Positions 12,266 through 24,500 of a DNA stretch of 46,499 bases are shown here, one piece after another (the stretch's first letter is position 1; each line of letters begins with the position of its first letter). The stretch spans positions 1 to 46,499 of the forward strand of contig NW_021834640.1 of NCBI RefSeq assembly GCF_006345805.1. The letters are read 5' to 3'. Source of the DNA: Octopus sinensis. Taxonomy: Eukaryota. The translations under genes and the position numbers were made by a program. The notes under the pieces were generated by a model. The model was not told the origin of the DNA, searched no databases, and worked only from the letters and a program-made list of their open reading frames with translations.

Positions 12266-12460
12266 TTTTAATCCATTCTTGTTGCTTTTTCCTATTTGTA
12301 ATCACCCCACTTGTCGTATGGTTAACACCATATAGATATCCGGTGCATCCTAGTTAAGGACCATATTCATGTGAATTCTTTAGAATTCACTAGAATCTCA
12401 ATTACTTAACCGAATATATATATATATAATATATATTATATATATATATATTTAATATAT

Positions 12461-12511
<51 letters not shown>

Positions 12512-12567
12512 GTGTGTGTGTATGTGTGGATGTTGTGTGTGTGTGTGATTGTGGGGGGGTACTTTTA

Positions 12568-12777
12568 TGCCTGTCTTTGACCCCGCCCCCACCATCACTT
12601 GATAACCGATATTGGTGTGCGTCTATACCCTTCACCAAGGATTCGGCAAAATAGATCGTTAAAATAAGTGCTAGGCTCGCAAACATTATGTCCCGGCGTC
12701 GATTTGTTCGGCTAAGAGCCAGTGCTCCAGCACGGCCGCCGTCAAATGACTGAAACAAGTAAAAGAATAAAAGAATA
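12568..12777 (+). mobile_element. SINE-A 3' half, diverged
   Basis: Ends GTGCTCCAGCACGGCCGCCGTCAAATGACTGAAACAAGTAAAAGAATAAAAGAATA, the family-A tail. Confidence 0.85.
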
Positions 12778-12838
12778 TTTACATGTATATATAAGTATGT
12801 CTATATATATGCATATATGTATATATATATATATATAT

Positions 12839-13055
12839 ACTCTTTTCTTTTACTCTTTTACTTGTTTCAGTCATTTGACTGCGGCCATGCTGGAGCACCA
12901 ACTTTAATCGAGCAAATCGATCCCGGGACTTATTCTTTGTAAGCCCAGTACTTATTCTATCAGCCTCTTTTGCCGAACCGCTAAGTGACGGGGACGTAAA
13001 CACCCCAGCATCTGTTGTCAAGCAATGCTAGGGGGAAAAACACAGACACGCGAAA

Positions 13056-13116
<61 letters not shown>

Positions 13117-13278
13117 TACGACATGCTTCTTTCAGTTTCCGTCTACCAAATCCACTCACAAGGCATTGGTCGGCCGGGGCTATAGCAGAAGACACTTGCC
13201 CAAGATGCCACGCTGGGACTGAACCCGGAACTATGTGGTTGGTAAGCAAGCTACTTACCACACAGCCACTCCTGCGCC
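12839..13278 (-). mobile_element. SINE family A, full length
   Basis: In sense: tRNA-like head GGCGCAGGAGTGGCTGTGTGGTAAG...GGGTTCAGTCCC, CORE-like CTTGGGCAAGT, internal (AT/AC)n tract, ~200-bp tail ending in GTAAAAGA repeats. Confidence 0.95.
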
Positions 13279-13412
13279 AATATATATATATATAAATTTT
13301 AAATAATAAGGGTGAAAAATTGAATATCAATTTGATTAATGTCAATTTGAAACCAGTGGTCTAGCATACAGAAAAATATGAAGATTCAGAGAAATTCTAT
13401 TACATTCATATA

Positions 13413-13584
13413 TGAGGGATGACCACTAAGTGGACATCCATTATGCTATCTTTTCATTTGTATCTATTCATTTGTCTTGCTCGCTTACGTTCTGGCGTTT
13501 CTTGAAAACAATCCTTTCTTAGTGGTTAGACCATATGGGGTCTACCTCTAGCATAATGGATGTCCACTTAGTTGTAAGCCCTCT
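13413..13584. mobile_element. MITE with ~36-bp TIRs and flanking TA
   Basis: 13407-13448 is the reverse complement of 13549-13590. The inner 24 bp (ACTAAGTGGACATCCATTATGCTA) are perfect. Confidence 0.88.
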
Positions 13585-13593
13585 TATATGTAT

Positions 13594-13627
<34 letters not shown>

Positions 13628-13630
<3 letters not shown>

Positions 13631-13848
13631 CACGGTTCACCTATCGCGGTATATTATTTAAGCTTACATCGATTCCTCTGTGGTTTTGTTTTGCATTTAT
13701 AATAAAATATATACATACAAAATTATAAAAATAATAAGAATAATAATAATACTAAAATATACAGTACATTCCTTTTTCTACTTTGCGGATTTTCAGCTAT
13801 CGCGGGGGATTTTGGAACGTAACACCCGTGATAGTCGAGGGATTACTG
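13628..13848. mobile_element. pogo/Tigger-like non-autonomous remnant with one intact TIR
   Basis: The right end CGAGGGATTACTG+TA reads TA-CAGTAATCCCTCG on the minus strand, a Tigger-like terminus from recall. The left end is eroded. Confidence 0.5.
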
Positions 13849-14406
13849 TATATATGAATGTGTGTGTGTGTGTGTATAGAAATATATATGTGAGTATATC
13901 TATATATAAACATATATATGTATATGTGTATATTTATGTGTCCATATACATTTACATACACACACACATTTTATATGTATTTGTGTGTGTGTGTGTTTAT
14001 ACAGATTTATACATGCATGCTCTTGCACAAATGTAAATGTTTATAAACATACATTTATGAATATTAATATATATATATATAGAGAGAGAGGGGGGAGAGA
14101 GGGAGAAAGAAACATACAGAGATGGAGAGAAATAAATAAACATCTATATATATATATATATATACACACACACGCATTCCCAATCAACATGTATGTAAAT
14201 ACATGTAAATGTGTATGCGGTGTGTATGAGTGGTGTGCGCGATTGTGAAAGTGAGTGTGTATGTGTGTGTATGCATGTATATATGTATATATTCATGCAT
14301 AATGTATATATGTATCTGTGTATATGTGCCTGAATATATGTGCGGGTAAAAGTTTTGGAGATGGAGGTCCATGTGTGTAATTACGATCCATACATATATG
14401 TTGATA

Positions 14407-14464
<58 letters not shown>

Positions 14465-14500
14465 TATATATATATATAATATAAGCTTGAATGTCTGTGC

Positions 14501-14562
<62 letters not shown>

Positions 14563-14689
14563 GCATATACGTATGTATATATGTATGTATATGTGTATCT
14601 ATGAATGTATGTATGTACGTTAGCATATACGTTCGCGTGGCGTATAGACGTGTTCATATATGCGCGTGTATATAAGCGTTTGTCTGTGT

Positions 14690-15116
14690 GTACGTTTCCA
14701 CGACAGGGTATGAATATATAATTTCTGGAATTCGATTCAATCTCTATGTTCCTTGTAAAATCGATTCACCGAACCCGTCTCTTCCATATATTTGTAATTT
14801 TCACTATATTCATTTCCTCGTTTTCGTTCTAATATCGATCACATATCGATATCTCTTAAAGCTATTGAATATGGAGAAGCAATCTAAAATAAGCGATATA
14901 AGCACCGTCAATCCAACCCACCCGTCTCCAGCACCACCCGGCCACTTACTGCGATGCCACGCTACTACGCCAGCCACTGACATCCTTTTGCCATCTATCG
15001 CCACCTAGCGCCACCTACCGACGTAACATCACTACGCCAGTCTCTTATCGCCGAGGTTTCACAGATTGCACAAGAGAACACTCGCGAGTTTTGTCATTGT
15101 TCCTGGCCGGGTATGT
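14690..15116. promoter_or_regulatory. CpG-rich unique segment, candidate promoter or insulator
   Basis: Visibly CpG-dense relative to the flanks. TATCGATA at 14844-14851, three tandem GCCA(T/C)CTA decamers at 14990-15019, and the palindrome ACTCGCGAGT at 15080-15089. No transcript evidence. Confidence 0.35.
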
Positions 15117-15703
15117 GTCTGTGTATGTATGTATGTATGTATGTATGTATGTATGTATGTATGTATGTATGTATGTATGTGTGTATGTATGTATGTATGT
15201 ATGTGTGTATGAATGTATGTATGTATGTGTGTATGTGTATGTATGTATTGGTGTGTGTATGTATGTATTATGAATGTATGTATATTTGTATGTATATATG
15301 TATGTATGGTGGTAAATATAGATACATTTATACACATACACACATATAAAGTTCACCGTACGTATATATATATATATATACACACACACACATGTTACAC
15401 GTATGTGTGTGAGTGTGTGTATGTATATATATATATCTATATATGCATAAAAGAATAAGCGCACACGCAGTTGTTTGTATACAGGTGTGTAAATGTGTGT
15501 GTATATGTATATATATATATATATATATGTATATGTATATGTTTATGTATATGTATATGTATATATTCAAATATAGTATAAAATCTTTATAACTATTTAT
15601 CAAGTAGTTAGCGTGAAAAACTTCACAAGTGAAAACTTTATTAATTATTCTCTAGAAATATATTTATAGGGAATAATTAATATATATATATATATGTGTG
15701 TGT

Positions 15704-15737
<34 letters not shown>

Positions 15738-15738
<1 letters not shown>

Positions 15739-16936
15739 ACCGTGCGGTCGGTAAATTGTCGCCCTTTTGTAATTTTTTTAATTTTGCGCATGCACATTGC
15801 TTGTTTTTGAGTTTGTCGATTACACAGTATAGTAGGGTTAGTTGGGCACCGTCTGTGAGAAAAACAGCAACATGATACAATTCACTCCGACAGAAATTGG
15901 GAAGCGACAATACGAATTTTTCAGAGTGTTTGTGTGTCAATCTGAGGACTGTGCAATCTCAGGATATGTACCAAGAGTGATAGAAATCGAAGATCCAGTC
16001 AATATTATGGTGTTTGGCATGATCACTAGTGATTGTGATGTTATGCCACCATTCATCTTCCCACACGGCCTCAGGCTCAACACGAAGGCCTACACGAAGT
16101 GTATGGAAGAGGCAGTGCTTTTCTGGGTGAAGAGTGGGGCTGCTGGAAGGCTCTATGTCTGGCAAAAGGACTCCAGCAGGAGAACACAGTCATGACTATC
16201 AGACAATTTCTGCGACCCAACATCTGGCCACCTAACTGCTCACACTGCAACCTCCTTGATTACTATGTGTAGGGCGTAGTTGAGCGCGAATGTGGAGGCG
16301 CAATGGCGCAGTGGTTAGGGCAGCGGACTCGCGATCATAGGATCGCGGTTTCGATTCCCAGACCGGGCGTTGTGAGTGTTTATTGAGCGAAAACACCTAA
16401 AAATCTCCACGAGGCTCCGGCAGGGGATGGTGGTGATCCCTGCTGTACTCTTTCACCACAACTTTCTCTCACTCTTACGTTCTGTTTCTGTTGTACCTGT
16501 ATTTCAAAGGGCCGGCCTTGTCACTCTCTGTGTCACGCTGAATATCCCCGAGAACTACGTTAAGGGTACACGTGTCTGTGGAGTGCTCAGCCACTTACAC
16601 GTTAATTTCACGAGCAGGCTGTTCCGTTGATTCGGATCAACCGGAACCCTCGTCGTCATAACCGACGGAGTGCTTCCATCCCCCAGTTGAGCGCGAGACC
16701 AACAAAAGATAAATCGAAGGCAATGATTATAGCAGTATACACCAACTTAAACATGGACACCGCCCAGAAAACTTGCAGGGGATTCCGACGGCGTCGGGAA
16801 GCCGTGGTTGAAGCCAATGGCGATTTTATTGAATATATTTGCTTTTTATACAATTTTGGTAGATATATCTGTTAAAATGAGATATCAGTGTTATTTTCAT
16901 TCTTTGCGTAATTTAGACAGCAATATATTCACCGCA
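15738..16936 (+). mobile_element. Internally deleted Tc1/mariner transposon relic (DD37D/maT-like)
   Basis: Translated fragments NIMVFGMITSD.DVMPPFIFPHGLRLNT, YVWQKDS, PNIWPPN...LLDYYV*GVVERE and RFRRRREAVVEANGDFIE. TA-CACCGTGCGGT at the left end and a degenerate inverted match ending CACCGCA at 16936. Contains stops and deletions. Confidence 0.85.
16290..16684 (+). mobile_element. SINE family B, full length, with 12-bp target-site duplication
   Basis: AGTTGAGCGCGA at 16278-16289 and 16685-16696. A-box TGGCGCAGTGG and B-box-like GGTTTCGATTCC. Confidence 0.95.
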
Positions 16937-16995
16937 AGGGGATTACACACACCAGTATCGGGTGTCAAGCGATGTTGGAGGGACAAACACTGACG

Positions 16996-17032
<37 letters not shown>

Positions 17033-17172
17033 GACAGGCTTCCTTAAGTTTCCGTCTACCAAATCCACTCACAAGGCTTTGGTTGGCCCGCTGCTATAGT
17101 AGAAGACAGTTGCCCAAGGTGCCACGCAGTGGGACTGAACCGGAACCATTTGCTTACTACACACCACTCCTC
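16937..17172 (-). mobile_element. SINE-A partial copy
   Basis: GTCAAGCGATGTTGGAGGGACAAACAC and AGTTTCCGTCTACCAAATCCACTCACAAGG. Confidence 0.9.
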
Positions 17173-17179
17173 CACTTAT

Positions 17180-17221
<42 letters not shown>

Positions 17222-17994
17222 ATATATACATACATATATATAGTACTTACACTTTCTCCGCGTGCACACACACATACATGTATATGCATACAAGTATATT
17301 ACACATCACGAAACTTCCTTTGGGTAATAGACAATAGTAAATACATAAATAAATAAATAAATGAATAATAGACACAAAGTCAAAAGGAAGAATAACCGAA
17401 AGAAGGATGAAAGAAAAATACAAAGTGTAGAAGAAGGAAACGAAAAATGAAATAACGTGGAAATAAAAGATAATCCACAACATACAAAACAAAGCAAAAA
17501 AAATTGATGACAAAAAATAAAATTGTCTTAAAAGCATTATGATGTCTTGAAACCCGAAAATTGGTTCTGAAGAATTTGCAGGAATTTCAATATAGTGTGT
17601 ACGGAAGATTTATTTCTGTTGGTGGAAGATGTAACCGACAAAAGAGAATAAGATAGAGAAATATTTTGGGGTTTTTGTTACACAATTTTTTTATAGTTTT
17701 CTTTTCTTTTTTTTTCTGTTTTGTATTTTTATTTGTTGGCTGTAGATTTGTTATTTTTATATTAGTTGTATTTTTTGCAGTTTGGAAAAATTTTGTTTTG
17801 GTATTTTTTTGTGTTCTTTTTGTAGTTTTCGTATTATTATATTATGTTTTTGTTTTCTTTTTGGGATTTTTGCATTCTATTCGTTTTGTCTTCCATTGTG
17901 TCTTTTCTTTTATTGTTATTTATACTTTTTATTTTGTTTAATATTTTATTTCATTTTCTTCCTTTGACATAGAAGTGTTTATTTCTTTAATTGT

Positions 17995-18176
17995 ACGTAA
18001 CATATATATATATATATATATATGTATAAATATTATATATATGTATATATATATATGTATATATATTATATATATATATAGATAATATATTATATATTAT
18101 ATATACATACATATACTTATAACTATATCTATATATATACAATTATGTATATATCCATATATATATATACTTATAT

Positions 18177-18209
<33 letters not shown>

Positions 18210-18214
18210 CATAC

Positions 18215-18256
<42 letters not shown>

Positions 18257-18544
18257 TATAATAATATATATACATATATATTATACTATATAATATATAT
18301 ATTTATATATATACATATTATATACGTCTGTCTCTTTATTTAAGTGTATATGTGAATATAGGCATACGTCTAAATATATGCATATATATATATCAATGTA
18401 GACACATGCACACGATATATGTGTAAATAATATTATTATGTATATGTACATCTAAGCATCTATTCTTTTCAAATATATATATATGCATATTCTATATACA
18501 CGCATATATGCCTGAATATACATATGTAACTACGCACGAATCCC

Positions 18545-18590
<46 letters not shown>

Positions 18591-18690
18591 GTATGTGTGT
18601 GTGTGTGTGTAGTCATTTATATATATATGTAGTCATTTATTTATATATATATGCATATATATTATATTTTATATATATTCACATTATATA
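17995..18690. repeat. (AT)n-dominated compound microsatellite
   Basis: Read directly. Confidence 0.95.
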
Positions 18691-19449
18691 TGTATATGCA
18701 CATGAATACAGGCTTCCTGACCTATAATATAAAAGAAGGAATTTTCAAAGACAAGCCAGAATGTACTTTCGATAGCAAAATCAAGCGTCATTTCATTGAA
18801 ATCATCGTAAATCCACTAAATTCCATCCATCAAACTCAACACGTTTCACTCCACACCTACTACACCTCCTACAGCTGCTCATTTTCGTTTTATTTTTCTC
18901 TTGCGTTTTTCTTTTATTCATTTCTCTCATTTGTATGTTTCATATATTTTGTATTGCATCTTCTTTTATTTTTTCCCATTTTGTTTTCTGTGTGATTGTG
19001 GAAATGCCTCGGTAATTTTCGTGTAAAATTCTCTTGCTGTGGGACATGTCGAGATTTTGTTCATTTTGCGTTAGGTTAACACACACACACACACAACACA
19101 TACGAGTGCGCATACACACATATATAGATAAATGGAGAGAGAGAGAGAAATGCATACATAATATATACATACATTCATACATATACACACACACATATAT
19201 ATATATACGTATATGTATGCTTATTTATGTTCATATATAAATATTAACACATACTTATATATGTACGTATATATACATATATACATACATACATACATAC
19301 ATACATACATACATACATACATACATACATACATACATACATACTACATACATACATACATACATATATATTATCATAATAACACTACTCCTTATAATTA
19401 TTATGATTGTTATTATTTTTATTATCATTATTTTTATTCTTATCAAGGA

Positions 19450-19660
19450 GGCGAGCTGACAGAATCATTAACAAGGCGGGCAACATGCATAGTGATATTT
19501 CGTCTGTCGCTACGTTCTGAGTTCAAATTCCGCCGAGGTCAACTTTGCCTTTCATCCTCTCAGAGTTGATAAATCAAGTACCAGTCAAGTACTGGGGTCG
19601 ACGTGATCGATTGTATCCCTCTCCACAAAAGTTCAGGCCTTGTGTCTATAGTAGAAAACA
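19450..19660 (+). mobile_element. SINE family C with an alternative tail
   Basis: Head GGCGAGCTGACAGAATCATTA and central GTCAACTTTGCCTTTCATCC, but ends CAGGCCTTGTGTCTATAGTAGAAAAC followed by (ATT)n. Confidence 0.85.
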
Positions 19661-19674
19661 TTATTATTATTATT

Positions 19675-19735
<61 letters not shown>

Positions 19736-19788
19736 CATTATTACTATTATTATTATTGTTGTTGTTGTTGTTGTTGTTATTATTATTA

Positions 19789-20270
19789 TTGAGTACCACT
19801 GGGGTAAAATATACAAAGCTCAACATACTCACCATGACTATCCGACTGATAAGGGTACACCAGTCATGTGCATCACACCCATATGTGCGCTATATGGTGA
19901 TCTGATATCAAGATGACGAACGCATGAGCTTGCAGGTGGGGCCCAGTTAGAATTTTCTTCTGGTCGAGTAAGGTCCCTGAATAAGTGTTGCTTAAGGATG
20001 CTGTGCGAATCAACCATATTTCAAAAGGCGAATTATCCAAGCCCCAAAGAATTCCTCTCAACACATGGCGATGTTTCTCCCCACTACTTCCGGTCGTGCT
20101 CAGAGATGCACATATCGTCAGTCACTAAGGGACATGCTCAACTGGTTATGGTCAAACAACTGACAAGAAAATATGTGGCATTGAGCAGAATGTTTGTTTT
20201 AGCCCATCTTTTATACCAAGACAAAACAATGTACATGATAACACATCCAGTCATGAGAGCCACTGCCTGA
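19789..20270 (-). mobile_element. Dispersed repeat D, copy 2
   Basis: Colinear with 2551-3070. Confidence 0.8.
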
Positions 20271-20358
20271 TTTTAGTTGATGCTGTTGCTGTTCTTTTGT
20301 CTTTGTTGTTGTTGTTGCTGTTATTCTTGTCTTTGTTGTTGTTTTTGTTGATGAATAA

Positions 20359-20712
20359 GGCGACGAGTTGGCAGCATCTTTAGGGTATTGGACAAAATGC
20401 TAAGCGGTATTTCGTCTGTATTTACGGTATAAGCTCACTTTATGCCGAGGTCCACTTTCAGTTTCACCCTTCGAGGTTGATAAGTTCAGTACTAATGAAG
20501 TAGTGGGGTCGATGATGATGATGAACGAAACAGCCATGTTTCCAGGGATGAATTATTCAATTAACCAAAAATCCCTCTCACATCATAGCTATGGTGTTCC
20601 CCCATCATTCCTGCTCGCGATCAGAGATGCCCATACCGTCAGCATCTAAGAGACATTTTCAACTGGTTAGCGTCACGCAAATGAGAAGTGGTACTGAGCA
20701 GAATATTTACTG
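20359..20712. mobile_element. Degenerate SINE-C (+, about 20359-20515) followed by a repeat D fragment (about 20523-20712)
   Basis: Recognisable but diverged family motifs. Confidence 0.7.
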
Positions 20713-21299
20713 CACTTCATCTATAGACAAATAGATAAACACACACATAAACACATATAAACAAATTGCCTTACAAATCATTGTTCGGCTCTGAAGCTAT
20801 AGCAGAAGCCACTTAATCAAAGTGCTGCGCCGTGATACTGAACGCAGAACCTCACAATTTTCGAATCGGACATTTTACCACACATCTATCCGTGTATATT
20901 CGACGTATATTTTTAAAGAAATACCAGCATCTAAACGAAAGTCCAAGAATACGCCATACGGAAAACACAGGTCATTCAACGTTTTGTTCTCGACAACAAA
21001 GATGTCTTACGTTACTACTTCCGCTTTTGCCCATCCTGTGTAAGGCTGAATTCTGATCTTAACGATGTGACGTATTGTTTGTGTAACCTATAGTTAGAAA
21101 TTGGGATTGTGATTAGGTTGGCAAGTTTGTGAAGAGGAAATTTTAAACGAACGATCAATAGAGTGACAGGGTTTGTATTGGGATGGTCGTGTGGGAGTTT
21201 GGATGGAGTGTTGGATGGTGGATAGATGCTTGGTTGTGTGAATGGGTAGGTGGGTGGAAGGATACAAAAGTGGGTGTATTGGTAGGGAGGATTGATGGT

Positions 21300-21362
21300 C
21301 AGGCGGATAGAAAGATAGATTTATAGACAGAAAGATAGACAGACAGATAGATATATAGATAA

Positions 21363-21442
<80 letters not shown>

Positions 21443-21500
21443 CTTAGAATAAATAGAGAGAGAGAGGTAGATAGATAGACAGATAAATAGATAGAGGGAG

Positions 21501-21531
<31 letters not shown>

Positions 21532-21688
21532 GATAGATAGATAGATAGAGAGAGAGATAAGAGAGAGAGATAAGAGAGAGAGATAAGAGAGAGAGAGATA
21601 AGAGAGAGAGATATAAGAGAGAGAGAGATATAAGAGAGAGAGATGAGAGAGAGAGCGATGGATAGATGGATGGATGGATGGATGGATG

Positions 21689-21723
<35 letters not shown>

Positions 21724-21752
21724 CGATAGATAGATAGATAGATAGATAGATC

Positions 21753-21823
<71 letters not shown>

Positions 21824-22140
21824 GGACGGATGCTGGTATGGATGGTTGTATGACGTAACCAAACATGAGAGGACAGATGAAAGAATGGATTGTTGCACAG
21901 CAAAACGGAGAAGCGGATACATGGACGGATAGATGGAGCGATAGATTGATTGAGGAAGGGATAGATGGACAGATAGCTAGACGGATGTATAGATAAACGG
22001 ACGGATAGCGGGTCGGTCGTTTCGTCAGTTGGATGGGTGGCTGGTGGGTTGGTTGAACGGTTGGGTGGTTGGGTGGTTGGGTGGATGGGTGGTTGGATGG
22101 TTGGATGGAGGTATTGATTGATGGTTGGCAGGTAGGATGG
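21300..22140. repeat. (GATA)n/(GA)n/(GGAT)n/(GGTT)n compound tract
   Basis: Read directly. Confidence 0.93.
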
Positions 22141-22229
22141 TCGGGTGGAATGCGGGTGGGGACCAGTTCAATTAGAAGCGAGATGCCAAGAATCTACTGT
22201 CATCATAATAGACACTCCAGCACTATAGA

Positions 22230-22499
22230 TCAGCACTAGCTGCAAATACTACTACCACTGCCACTACTACTACTACTACTACCACTGCCACTACTACTAC
22301 TACTACTACCACTGCCACTACTACTAATACTACTACTAGTAGTACTACTACTGCTACCACTGCCACTACTACTAATACTACTACTAGTAGTACTACTACT
22401 GCTACCACTGCCACTACTACTAACACTACAATCACAGCTACCACCGACACTACAACAACCACAACTCCAACCGTCACTGCAACCCCAACCCCCACTACC
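22230..22499. repeat. (ACT)n tract with periodic GCC/ACC interruptions, including a local ~48-bp duplication
   Basis: The segment ACTAATACTACTACTAGTAGTACTACTACTGCTACCACTGCC occurs twice. Confidence 0.85.
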
Positions 22500-22726
22500 T
22501 ATTTCTTTATTATCCACAAGGGGCTAAACACAGAGGGGACAAACAAGGACAGACATAGGTATTAAGTCGATTACATCGACTCCAGTGCATAACTGGTACT
22601 TAATTTATTGACCCCGAAAGGATGAAAGGCAAAGTCGACCTCGGCGGAATTTGAACTCACAACGTAACGCAGACGAAATACCGCTAAGCATTTCGCCCAG
22701 CGCGGTAACGATTCTGCCAGCTCGCC
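22500..22726 (-). mobile_element. SINE family C, full length
   Basis: Colinear with 4733-4958. Confidence 0.93.
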
Positions 22727-23129
22727 AACCACCACTACCACTGACACAACCACCACCACCACAACAACAACCTCTACCACTCCTACAATATACTGTACCA
22801 CCATTAAACATCAACATCGCCAGAGCCATTTTCAACTCGGATATTGGCCATCATGACAATCGTTACCAAAACCGTAAGAGCAAGGAAGTCTTGAAGAACA
22901 TGTGAGAAGGACACTAGAGACATAATGAGCTCCAACACTCCACCGTCGACAACACCACCACCACCACCACCGGCATCACAACAACAACAGCAACAACAAC
23001 GATGACAACAGGAACAACAACAACAACAACAACAACACCGGAAAGGCCATCAAGGGCGCAATGACCTTCAAGATTCTGCCACCGATACACGGCGTTGCTA
23101 GTGTTATATCAACCTCGTTAATTTCTCAC

Positions 23130-23445
23130 CGCCATCACCTCGGCCGCCGCCGTCACCACCACCGCCCCCACGTCGCCGCCACCACCACCGCCCCCACGTC
23201 GCCGCCACCCCCGCCGCTGCCGTTGCTGCTGCGCCGCCGCCGCCGCCGCCGCCGCCGACATCTGCAGCGAACGACAATACCATCTCGGCAGTCGAATTTT
23301 CCCCCGACCAACGCCACCCAGAGCCTCAAACGACGATGACGACGACGCCGCTGCCACTACCACCACCACTACTGCGAACGGCGATGACGACGACGACGAT
23401 GATGACGGCGGCGGCAACAACAACAACAACAACAACAACGAGAAC
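23130..23445. repeat. CpG-rich (GCC)n/(GAC)n/(AAC)n tract with a 26-bp tandem duplication
   Basis: CACCACCACCGCCCCCACGTCGCCGC occurs twice, followed by a GCC run. Confidence 0.85.
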
Positions 23446-23519
23446 AATATTCACACTTAATAGCTTCATTAATGTCACAAATTATCAGTAACACGCGAGA
23501 TTCCATAAACTGGAAATGA

Positions 23520-24049
23520 AGAGGGGAGATTTGATGATGATGATGGTGATGATGATGAAGATAATGATGTTGATGAGGATGATGATGATGATGGTGATGG
23601 TGGTGGTGGTGGTGGTGGTGGTGATGATGATGATGGTGGTGGTGGTGGTGGTGGTGGTGGTGGTGATGATGATGATGGTGGTGGTGGTGGTGGTGATGAT
23701 GATGATGATGGTGATGATGGTGATGATGAGGATGATGATGATGATGATGATGAGGATGATGAGGATGATGATGGTGGTGGTGGTGGTGGTGGTGGTGATG
23801 ATGATGATGGTGGTGGTGGTGGTGGTGATGATGATGATGATGGGATGAGATGATGATGATGAGGATGATGATGATGATGTGATGTTGATGATGATTGATG
23901 GTGATGGTGTTGGTGGTGGTGGTGGTGGTGATTGAGATGATGATGATGGTGGTGGTGGTGGTGGTGGTGGTGGTGGGTTATGATGAGGATGATGGTGGTG
24001 GTGATTGATGATGGTGATGTGATGATGGTGGTGGTGGTGGTGGTGATGA

Positions 24050-24083
<34 letters not shown>

Positions 24084-24500
24084 GGTGGTGGTGATGAGGA
24101 TGATGGTGGTGGTGATGATGGTGATGGTGATGATGATGGGGTGGTGGTGGTGGTGGTGATGATGATGATGATGATGATGATGGTGATGGTGATGATGGTG
24201 ATGGTGGTGGTGGTGGTGGTAGGAGTTATAATTATCGTGATGATGATGGTGATGGTGGCGGTGGTGGTGGGTCTCGGAGAGATTTAGCGGTGGTGATGGA
24301 GGTGGTGATAATGAACATGACGATGATAATGGTAATGATGATGATGATGGTGATGGGGAGGAGGGGAGGGGAGGGGAGGGGAGGAAGGGAGGACGGTGGC
24401 GATCACGTTGATGAAAATAGTGATGTCGGTGACGATGACGACGACAACGACGGCGATGACGATGGTGGTATCATCATCATCACCATCACCATCATTACTA
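23520..24500. repeat. (GAT)n/(GGT)n mosaic, almost C-free on the + strand up to about 24220
   Basis: Read directly. Confidence 0.95.

Noticed and set aside
12078-12305. 75-aa minus-strand ORF with protein-like composition
   Set aside because: There is no recognisable domain or splice signals. It is antisense to the hammerhead, which better explains the segment.
16290-16375. SINE heads as true tRNA genes
   Set aside because: A- and B-box-like motifs are present, but no complete cloverleaf or acceptor stem, and each head runs into SINE body.
20917-21038. Possible exon (TTTTTAAAG/ ... CCTGT/GTAAGG) with two open frames
   Set aside because: Neither peptide is recognisable and no partner exons were found. 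It needs RNA-seq.
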